11,688 nucleotides of DNA, taken from positions 1 to 11,688 of the forward strand of contig JBHEMM010000055.1 in NCBI GenBank assembly GCA_046262595.1, in the 5' to 3' direction. A program made the translations under genes and the position numbers. The notes beneath the pieces were generated by a model. The model made no database searches and had not been told where the DNA came from. It was given only the letters and a program-made list of their open reading frames with translations. This stretch comes from Vulcanimicrobiaceae bacterium (GTDB lineage: Bacteria; Vulcanimicrobiota; Vulcanimicrobiia; Vulcanimicrobiales; Vulcanimicrobiaceae). Below are positions 1 to 6,970 of this stretch, in pieces. How positions within the stretch are numbered: the stretch's first letter is position 1; the number at the start of each line of letters is the position of its first letter.

Positions 1-1901
1 GCTTTGAGGTCGCCGATCAAAAAGAAGTCGGGCGGTATCGCAGTCACTTTTCGGACCTCCGCTGCGAGGTCTGCGGGATTCATATCCGGCAAGGACGCGG
101 AAACCAGCATTAAATGATAGTGCGCGCCGGACGTCGCGCGGGCGATCGCTTCCGCTCCCGTTGCCGCTTCTTCGAAGGCGACACCCCAACGTTTAAAATT
201 TTGGGTTAACACCCGGCGTGCGCGGTCCGACGGCTCGGCGATGAGCACGTTCAGTTCGGCGATTGTGCCGGTTGTTGCTTCTTCGGTATGATCGAACCGT
301 TTACGCAGACGCACCGTAAACCAGAACGTGGACCCGACGCCGAGCTGCGATTCCGATCCGGCCGCGCCCCCCATAAGCTCCGCCAGCTGCCGCACGATCG
401 AAAGACCGAGGCCCGTGCCGCCATAGCGCCGCGACACGGAGTCGTCGGCCTGTGAAAATGCACCGAAGATACCGGCGTGCGCCTCGGGCTTGATCCCGAT
501 GCCGGTGTCGGTTACGGAAAACCGGACCAGCTGGTGCTCGCGGCTGTCCGACTCAACGGAGACGTCGATATTAACGTGCCCGCGTTCGGTGAATTTGAGC
601 GCGTTTCCGATAAGATTGCTCAGTACCTGTCGCAACCGCCCCTCGTCGCCGCAGACGGCTTGGCAGACTGCGGGTTGCACGAGCGCCGACATTTCCAGGT
701 TCTTCCTCTGTGCCGTCCCGCTAAACAATTCCAACGTGCTTTCGACGAGTGCGTCCAGATTGAAAGCGCGCGATTCGAGATGGAGCTTTCCCGCCTCAGC
801 TTTCGAAAGATCCAATATATCGTTCAAAATTGTCAGTAGCCATTCCGAGCTCGACTGCATCGTCGAGAGGAATCGTCGTTGTTGGGAATCCAGTTTCGTC
901 TCCGAGAGCAGTTCCGCCATGCCCATAATGCCGTTCATGGGCGTCCGAATTTCGTGGCTCATGTTTGCAAGGAATCGGCTTTTGAATTCCGTGGATCGCT
1001 CAGCGGCCTCGCGCGCCGTATCTAACAGTTCGTTCGCCTCGAACACCCGATTATACTGAGAGGCAACTTCTGCCAGCATGACCGCCAATAGGAGTACGGA
1101 GCTCACAAGCGTTTCAACTTTCCCAAAGTACCAACTCAAGGTGTACCGGTTCGGTGCGAAGGAATTCAAAAGCGCATCGAGCCCGCACACGACCACCGCT
1201 AGGAGGAGCCAGTACTGGAATGGCGTCCGAGCCTTCGTTCGTACGACACCGGTCGCTACAACGAATACGGTCAAAACAAAGATCGAGGCGGCAGCATAGG
1301 TGAAAATCCGATGAAAGTGACCTTGTAGAACAAAAACCGGCAGCGACGCCCGCCCCACGATGACCGCAGCGGCGACGATCGTTGCCGATGCAAGCGTGAC
1401 GAGGACCGCCATCCGTAATGCGGCGGGCCTGGCATCGTGCGATAACCGTCGCTTGAATGAGGGATCTACGGCTAAGGAGATGCCGATTAGCAACGCAAAT
1501 GAGGCGTGCCAAATCGTCCACAAAGAAACAGAAACCTGTTGGTCGGCGCTCGGAACGTGCAGGGGCAAGAAAACTCCGGGAAACCATCCGAGATAGAAGA
1601 TCGCGAGCAGTCCACTCGTTCCATAGGCGGCCCCGATGAAGAGAAACGCAACAGTTCCGCCGGTTGTGAATTGGCTAAAGAGCAAGTAGCAGGTTAAGAT
1701 ATCGGCTGCCACGCAGAGCGTCATACAAATCGGTATGAATGCAGGCAGAAAGAAGCGTCCGCCGCTGCCCAAGTAAACGGAGAACAGCGTCATAACGATC
1801 AGGATCGCAGCGGTTGCGACGATACCGTGCCATTCTCTCGGCCATGGGAGACGATCGAGGAATGTCGGTTTCGATCCTTGCGAAGCCACTGGCGCTTTCA
1901 T
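1..1901 (-). CDS. Hybrid sensor histidine kinase: MASE4-like membrane sensor + HisKA + HATPase_c + degenerate receiver domain; 3' end lies beyond the left edge
   Basis: Translated by hand from ATG at 1901 (MKAPVASQGSKPTFLDRLPWP...). All motifs fall in one frame; the ORF track omits it, consistent with no stop before the edge. MASE4-like motifs: PAFIPICMTLCVAADILTCYLLFSQF, FPGVF...QQVSVSLWTIWHASF, RYTLSWYFGK. H-box FLANMSHEIRTPMNGIMG (His at 954-956), N-box RLRQVLSNLIGNALKFT, G1 DTGIGI, G2 RRYGGTGLGLSI. A REC-like segment NVLIAEPS...YHLMLVSASLPDM follows. Confidence 0.95.
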   Translation of the reverse strand, partial: MKAPVASQGSKPTFLDRLPWPREWHGIVATAAILIVMTLFSVYLGSGGRFFLPAFIPICMTLCVAADILTCYLLFSQFTTGGTVAFLFIGAAYGTSGLLAIFYLGWFPGVFLPLHVPSADQQVSVSLWTIWHASFALLIGISLAVDPSFKRRLSHDARPAALRMAVLVTLASATIVAAAVIVGRASLPVFVLQGHFHRIFTYAAASIFVLTVFVVATGVVRTKARTPFQYWLLLAVVVCGLDALLNSFAPNRYTLSWYFGKVETLVSSVLLLAVMLAEVASQYNRVFEANELLDTAREAAERSTEFKSRFLANMSHEIRTPMNGIMGMAELLSETKLDSQQRRFLSTMQSSSEWLLTILNDILDLSKAEAGKLHLESRAFNLDALVESTLELFSGTAQRKNLEMSALVQPAVCQAVCGDEGRLRQVLSNLIGNALKFTERGHVNIDVSVESDSREHQLVRFSVTDTGIGIKPEAHAGIFGAFSQADDSVSRRYGGTGLGLSIVRQLAELMGGAAGSESQLGVGSTFWFTVRLRKRFDHTEEATTGTIAELNVLIAEPSDRARRVLTQNFKRWGVAFEEAATGAEAIARATSGAHYHLMLVSASLPDMNPADLAAEVRKVTAIPPDFFLIGDLK

Positions 1902-2005
1902 GCCGTCACGTTAGTGCTCTTCGCGAAACGGCCTTTGCGCCGCCTCTAGGGCGTGCGCAATTGCCCACCATTGCGGCTAATGCCAAATAGGCGTACCTGC
2001 CGTGA

Positions 2006-3766
2006 TCATTTTTTTTGTGCACGCGAAGACGGCACCGCGTCAGGGGGCACCGGCTCTTTTGCCGCGCTATCGCGCGCGTCGCGCGTTTTAGGTTGGGCGA
2101 AAATCTTATCTTTCGGAAGCGGCCGCCCGTATAGGAAACCCTGGAATTGATCGCACGCCATCTCGCGTAAACGAAGCGCTTGCGCTTCCGTCTCGACGCC
2201 TTCGGCAACGATTCGTAGCCCCAGTGCATGTCCGAGGTCGGTTATGCTGGTGCAGATGGCGCGGCTGAACCGATTCGAGGTGAGATCGTGAATGAACGAT
2301 CGATCGATTTTTACGCAATCAACGGGCAGCGACTTCAAATGCGTGAGCGTGTTATGTCCGGTCCCGAAATCATCGATGCAGATCGATGTGCCGAGTGCGC
2401 GCAAGCGCTTCAAGGTCTTTACCACTTGCGGGACGTCTCGAATGATCGTCTGTTCGGTTACCTCGAAGCCCAGCAGCGCGGGGTCCGCTCCAGATTTCTT
2501 CAATGCAGAAGAGACGTTCTTCACTAAAGTCGGGGACATAAGCTGTTGAGCGGAAAGATTCATCGTAATCTGAATTGGAGCGCCAAACGCTTTTTGGAAG
2601 GCGATGACGTCATCGCACACCGCCGGCAACATCCAATCGCCGACCTCCAGCATCGTGCGGTCCTTTTCGAGGTTGTCCAGAAAAGCCGAAGGCGCCAGTA
2701 ATCCCAAACTCGGGTGCCTCCAGCGCAGCAGCGCCTCAAGGCCGACGACCCGCAGTGTATGCGCATCCACAACCGGCTGGTAGAAGACCTCGAACTGCTT
2801 CTCTTGCATCGCCTTTCTAAGGTCGCCCGCGAGCTGCCGTTCGCGGCTGATGATCCGTTCAAATTCGGGCTCGTAGCGACAGAGTGTTCCGCGGCCGGCA
2901 TGCTTGGCGCGCGAGAGTGCGATTTCGGCACGTTGGAAGAGCCCATCTTCACCATCGTCTGGGAAAACGGCCAAGCCGGCTCCGCACGTAACGCGGATCC
3001 CGGTCGGCCCGACGGGCGGCGGATTCACGACGGCTACATGCATCTTGTGAACGAGTTCATGCATCTCCAGCTCATCGTCAATGCGCGTAAGAATGCATGC
3101 AAATTCGTCTCCCGCTATGCGCGCTAATTGGACGCCGGCAAACAATGCTAGCCTTCTTGCAATCTCTCGCAGAATCGCATCCGATTGCGCGTGCCCGATG
3201 GTCTCGTTCACTTTACCGAAGTGATCGATGTTGATAAGCAGCAGCCCGACCCGCTTGTGCCGCTCTCGTGCCGCCTCTACCGATTTCTCGAGGTTTTTGA
3301 AGAACGCCGTGCGGCTCGCCAATCCGGTGAGCCAATCGGAATCGGCGACGACTAGCCCTTGCGCCGCCGCCTCGGTCGTGTCGCTCACGTCCATTATGAT
3401 GCCGCTGCCGTGGGTGGCATTCCCCTGCAGATCGTAGACAAAGCGCATGAGCATTTGTACATGCCGAACGTCGCCGTTCTCTAAGAGAAGTCGCAACTTC
3501 ATAGCCAACGGAATACGTTGATGAATGGCTCGATTGCGGTTCGCATTAAAGTCCGCGCGGTCGTCCGGATGGATCCTGGCGAAAAAGTCGTCTACCGCCA
3601 GAGAGCCTGCCGAATCGTCGAGCCCTGAGATTCGCCGAAATCCCGAAGTCGCCGTAATGGTGTTGAGGCGATAATCCGCCAAGAACGTGCCCCAGCAACC
3701 CAGCTCCTCAGCCAGATGCGTGACGGTTTGGTGGTCGATCACTTTGAAGTCAAGGGATTTGCTCAC
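2006..3766 (-). CDS. PAS-GGDEF-EAL protein; probable c-di-GMP phosphodiesterase with a degenerate diguanylate cyclase domain
   Basis: 586-aa ORF with GTG start and a GGGAGG Shine-Dalgarno just upstream. PAS_3-like FFARIHPDDR. GGDEF-domain motifs DWLTGLASR, INIDHFGKVNETIGH, RIAGDEF. EAL motifs YQPVVD, EALLRW, MNLS, FEVTE, DDFGTG, VKID, VAEGVE, QGFLY. Confidence 0.95.
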   Translation of the reverse strand: MSKSLDFKVIDHQTVTHLAEELGCWGTFLADYRLNTITATSGFRRISGLDDSAGSLAVDDFFARIHPDDRADFNANRNRAIHQRIPLAMKLRLLLENGDVRHVQMLMRFVYDLQGNATHGSGIIMDVSDTTEAAAQGLVVADSDWLTGLASRTAFFKNLEKSVEAARERHKRVGLLLINIDHFGKVNETIGHAQSDAILREIARRLALFAGVQLARIAGDEFACILTRIDDELEMHELVHKMHVAVVNPPPVGPTGIRVTCGAGLAVFPDDGEDGLFQRAEIALSRAKHAGRGTLCRYEPEFERIISRERQLAGDLRKAMQEKQFEVFYQPVVDAHTLRVVGLEALLRWRHPSLGLLAPSAFLDNLEKDRTMLEVGDWMLPAVCDDVIAFQKAFGAPIQITMNLSAQQLMSPTLVKNVSSALKKSGADPALLGFEVTEQTIIRDVPQVVKTLKRLRALGTSICIDDFGTGHNTLTHLKSLPVDCVKIDRSFIHDLTSNRFSRAICTSITDLGHALGLRIVAEGVETEAQALRLREMACDQFQGFLYGRPLPKDKIFAQPKTRDARDSAAKEPVPPDAVPSSRAQKK

Positions 3767-3770
3767 CTAG

Positions 3771-3776
3771 CCTCCC
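3771..3776 (-). promoter_or_regulatory. Ribosome-binding site of the PAS-GGDEF-EAL gene
   Basis: The minus strand reads GGGAGG-CTAG-GTG into the start codon at 3766. Confidence 0.7.
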
Positions 3777-3803
3777 GAACGCGACCCGCCGCGTTGCCTC
3801 ACG

Positions 3804-3832
3804 AATGTACCACAGAAAGCATCCTGTATCAT
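3804..3832 (-). promoter_or_regulatory. Possible sigma70-type promoter for the PAS-GGDEF-EAL gene
   Basis: Minus strand: ATGATA (3832-3827, 4/6 match to TTGACA), 17-nt spacer, TACATT (3809-3804) preceded by an extended -10 TG. It lies about 40 nt upstream of the start. Motif match only. Confidence 0.35.
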
Positions 3833-3879
3833 TTCGGTCGTCCCTGCCCCGGTTTTTATCCTGCGGACGGTCTCGAAAT

Positions 3880-3895
3880 CGCGGCTTTAGCCGCG
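3880..3895 (-). terminator. GC-rich hairpin just downstream of the nuclease-fusion gene; possible weak intrinsic terminator
   Basis: CGCGGC-TTTA-GCCGCG inverted repeat 22 nt past the stop codon at 3918. It is followed on the minus strand by only ATTTC, a poor U-tract. Confidence 0.3.
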
Positions 3896-3917
3896 CCCCG
3901 GTCCCCAGCCAGACGCC

Positions 3918-5783
3918 CTAATCAGATACAACAACAATGGCCGTCGACGACGAGTCCCACACCGCCGCCGCCATCAGGGGACTCGTGAGCCAAGCAAAAG
4001 CGAGCCGCACCTCCTGGCGCGTGCAATTAACGTGAGCACCCTGCGCCGCGAGTTCTTGATCCACTAAGAACATCGCCGCATCTTCGGTCAGCAGCGGCGC
4101 ATCCGCCGGCGTATTGGCTTGCGCGGCCGTGCACTGCGTCGACCACCCGACGCTGCGGATGATCTCGGCAATAATGCGTACGCGTTTGCGCTGTCCGCGA
4201 TCGCGCTCCCACACAATGTCCGGCAACACTTCTTGCGCCACCACGCCCGGCGCAAACGCGGCGGCAAGATCCAGCGGTGTTAAGCCCGCGCGCAACGCAT
4301 ACACGATGTCGTCCGCGCCCCACAGGCTCACGCCGTGCGTTTTGATCTCGCTGAGCGCTTCCTGTTGCTGCGTCCCCGACTGGCTGCCGATCAGCGCGGC
4401 ATACTTCGCGCGGTATGCATCCCGGAATTTGGCCGCCTCAAAAATGTTCGGACTTTTCTGCAGCGTCGTGCCGCTCTTGCACTCGAACATCACGCGATAC
4501 CCCATCGTCCCGAGCGGCGCATCGGCGTATCCGTCGGGCGCACCCAATCCGCCCACGTGCGTGCTCAGCAGTCCCATTGCGGAAAACGCATCGCACACCG
4601 CAATTTCGAACGCTTCGGGATTCGCGCTATCGCTCGCCGCGCGCTGTAAGCGCGTAATGAGCGCCTCGGTGTCGGCCTTCGGCGGCGCCGCGTGCGCAGG
4701 GTCGTCGGGCCAATCGTCCGCCGGTTCGTTGATGCGAAACTTATGGTCCTCGGTCGGCACCACCACGGGCTTCACGCCGTTTGCAATCTGGCGATCGACA
4801 TACGACCACAAATTGCTCGAAAGATTCCCCACCGTCTCGCTGCACGGCAGATGGCGTTCTTGTGCGATCGCCCAAATCTCGGCCGGCGTTCGCGCTTTTC
4901 CGTCCGACAAAATCGCGCTCACCGTCGAGACAATTTCGCCATGCCGGTGCGCACACACGCGCCGCGAGTGCTTGAGCGGTTCCACCGCTTCACCGGCCGC
5001 GCCCGCCGCAGGCGGCAACGGCCCCGCATCCAGGCGCGCCAGCATGTCGGCGAACAGATCGCCGCACGCAGCCAGCCGAGCCGCAAACGCATCCAGCGGG
5101 ACGCCCCACATATCGCACGAGCCAAGTTCGTCCCACGTCACCGGCGTTGCGATGCGTTGCCGCTGCATACGAACGCTGTAGGGCAGCATGCTCCAGCGGC
5201 CTTCCGCGTTCGAGGACACGTGAATATGCACGCGGCCATCGTCGTGGACGTTTGCTTGTTTGCTGAACAGATCGGGATACGCAGCGATCGCCTCAGCCGC
5301 AATCGCATGCGCCCACGCGCGCACGTCCTTATACATGGGGCCGCCCGTCAGCGGAACGAAAATCGATACGCCGCCCGCCGCATCGAGCACCGGAATCGTG
5401 CCGTAGCCCTTTGTGTGCAGCAGTTCGCTCACAATGTGCGCGCCGCGCCGGACCGTCTCAAGTAGCGCGCCGGATGTATCCGCGATTGGCCGCTCCAGCA
5501 AAATGCGCGCGAAGTGTGCGCGCAGCGGGTCCTCGGGCGTCGGAGTCCACGAATAAAACTCTTGCGCACCGATCGCGGCCAGATGCGCCACATGCTCGCT
5601 GGTCAGATGGGAATAATGGCCGAAATACTCCGCGTGATAATCCGGCCGCCGATCCGCGCTTCGCGCAGCGGTGGTCCAGACGATTGGAATGCGCCCGAAG
5701 CTCTGCTCCATAAACGGCCCAACGAGCTGGTAATGCGCGACGACGGCGTCGTCAATCGACGGCGGCTTCTCGGTTACAGTCAT
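3918..5783 (-). CDS. Fusion protein: degenerate LigD-type primase-polymerase (AEP) domain + HARE-like winged HTH + PD-(D/E)xK (FokI/Mrr-like) endonuclease + possible C-terminal winged helix
   Basis: Start placed at ATG 5783 (MTVTEKPP, 621 aa), preceded by GGGGAG-TAGGG; this avoids overlap with the upstream gene. LigD-Pol scaffold motifs (~5040-5760): LAAIGAQEFYSW, IFVPL, VRAWAHAIA, YPDLFS, PYSVR, IATPVTWDEL, RLAACGDLFADM. Winged HTH (~4728-4940): AILSDGKARTPAEIWAIAQERHL...KFRIN. Nuclease (~4285-4630): AFEIAVCDAF..MG...HVGGLGAPDG...VMFECKS. Confidence 0.88.
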   Translation of the reverse strand: MTVTEKPPSIDDAVVAHYQLVGPFMEQSFGRIPIVWTTAARSADRRPDYHAEYFGHYSHLTSEHVAHLAAIGAQEFYSWTPTPEDPLRAHFARILLERPIADTSGALLETVRRGAHIVSELLHTKGYGTIPVLDAAGGVSIFVPLTGGPMYKDVRAWAHAIAAEAIAAYPDLFSKQANVHDDGRVHIHVSSNAEGRWSMLPYSVRMQRQRIATPVTWDELGSCDMWGVPLDAFAARLAACGDLFADMLARLDAGPLPPAAGAAGEAVEPLKHSRRVCAHRHGEIVSTVSAILSDGKARTPAEIWAIAQERHLPCSETVGNLSSNLWSYVDRQIANGVKPVVVPTEDHKFRINEPADDWPDDPAHAAPPKADTEALITRLQRAASDSANPEAFEIAVCDAFSAMGLLSTHVGGLGAPDGYADAPLGTMGYRVMFECKSGTTLQKSPNIFEAAKFRDAYRAKYAALIGSQSGTQQQEALSEIKTHGVSLWGADDIVYALRAGLTPLDLAAAFAPGVVAQEVLPDIVWERDRGQRKRVRIIAEIIRSVGWSTQCTAAQANTPADAPLLTEDAAMFLVDQELAAQGAHVNCTRQEVRLAFAWLTSPLMAAAVWDSSSTAIVVVSD

Positions 5784-5796
5784 CCCTACTCCCCGC

Positions 5797-5818
5797 AAGC
5801 AGTATTTCGCGACTGCTT
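5797..5818. promoter_or_regulatory. Perfect 7-bp inverted repeat next to the RBS of the nuclease-fusion gene (possible operator or leader hairpin)
   Basis: AAGCAGT-ATTTCGCG-ACTGCTT, 14-35 nt upstream of ATG 5783. Confidence 0.35.
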
Positions 5819-5902
5819 CGGCCGGCAGGCAAGCGCTCCCTATAGGCGGTTTACATCTATGGCGTCCCGACGGAAGACGCGCACGCTCGAGCTGCGGTAC
5901 CT

Positions 5903-6970
5903 TTAACCGTCGGTGAACGGCGTACGGACGCCGCGCAAACCGACGGACCATCGTTCCCGATCGTTTCCCTCATGTTGCGCTCCGTCGCGGAACGTGATCG
6001 TCAAGATCGCGACATCATCCAACGGTTCGTATTGCGCGAATATCGCGTCTTGTATCTCCGCCGCCGGGTTTTTCGCCTTGCGTCGTCCAATTTCTCGCGC
6101 TATCTCCAGCACTCGACGCTCGCCCTCGATCAGGTTGCGATCGTATTCGATCAGTCCGTCCGTGTACAGCACGAGCACCGACTCCGGTTCTGCCGTAAAA
6201 TGGAACGTGCGATATCTGGCATCGGCCTGAACGCCGAGAGGCAAACCGCCATAGTTCAGCAGGCTAGCCGAGCCATCGCTTGCAACGAGGATCGCTGGCG
6301 GGTGCCCCGCCGTCGCATATGTCACTTCCAGGGTGCGCGCGTCGACGTAGCCGCAAATCGCGGTAGCAAACGCCGTCTCCTCGAGCATCAAGCTCGTGTT
6401 GGCTCGTGCAAGGATTGAGCCGGGGTTGTCTTCGTGGAGTGCCGCAATAACGATCGCCTGCCGCGCCTTACTCATCCTCACTGCCGCTTCGACCCCATGC
6501 CCGACGACATCTCCGATGCAGAACATGATGCGCCCGTGCGGCAGTTCGAACGCATCGTACCAGTCGCCACCGACCTTTTCCGACACCGCCGAAGGCAGGT
6601 ACGTGGCGCTGAAACCCAAGTTCGAGACCGCCGGTAGCCGTTGTTGCACGAACGCCTCTTGCAAGCTGTCCGCGAGTTGATGTTCCATGTCGGCGCGCGC
6701 TTTCTCGTCCGCAAGGGCCGCCGTCATGCGTGATTGCCGCCGACCATAATAGAAAACGGCGCTCACGGCGAACGACGCGACGAGACCGGTGAGCGCCCGC
6801 GTTCTGACGTGCGGCCGCAGCTTGGTCCGGCGCAGGACAGCGCTCAACGCAAAATACGAGGCCGGCAAAAACAACAGAAACGGAGCGTTCCAGGGCGACG
6901 TCCCGCGAAAGAAACGGCCTTCAAACCACTTATAGCCGGCTTTCCCGGCCGCCACCGTGCGCGTCAACAA
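5903..6970 (-). CDS. PP2C/SpoIIE (RsbU-like) protein serine phosphatase with two short N-terminal hydrophobic segments
   Basis: 355-aa ORF with TTG start and AGGAG 10 nt upstream (exact start uncertain). Coiled-coil linker EHQLADSLQEAF. Intact PPM motifs VGGDWYD, IGDVVGHG, AGHPP, LYTDGLIE, DDVAIL. Confidence 0.93.
   Translation of the reverse strand: MLTRTVAAGKAGYKWFEGRFFRGTSPWNAPFLLFLPASYFALSAVLRRTKLRPHVRTRALTGLVASFAVSAVFYYGRRQSRMTAALADEKARADMEHQLADSLQEAFVQQRLPAVSNLGFSATYLPSAVSEKVGGDWYDAFELPHGRIMFCIGDVVGHGVEAAVRMSKARQAIVIAALHEDNPGSILARANTSLMLEETAFATAICGYVDARTLEVTYATAGHPPAILVASDGSASLLNYGGLPLGVQADARYRTFHFTAEPESVLVLYTDGLIEYDRNLIEGERRVLEIAREIGRRKAKNPAAEIQDAIFAQYEPLDDVAILTITFRDGAQHEGNDRERWSVGLRGVRTPFTDG

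Noticed and set aside
251..1697. Track ORFs in 251-1697 on both strands
   Set aside because: All overlap the hybrid histidine kinase frame, which carries the conserved motifs.
4114..5465. Long plus-strand ORFs 4114-5181 (355 aa) and 4692-5465 (257 aa)
   Set aside because: Antisense shadows of the GC-rich nuclease-fusion gene with no recognisable motifs.
3918..5783. Calling this gene ligD or a functional NHEJ polymerase
   Set aside because: There is no ligase or phosphoesterase domain, the catalytic motifs are substituted, and no ku gene is in the window.
3767..5902. Mobile-element boundaries around the nuclease-fusion gene
   Set aside because: No transposase, integrase, terminal inverted repeats or target-site duplication found by eye.
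5784..5951. 56-aa N-terminal extension of the nuclease-fusion ORF in the track (start 5951)
   Set aside because: It overlaps the PP2C gene end, has Arg/Pro-rich non-domain composition, and a good SD precedes ATG 5783.
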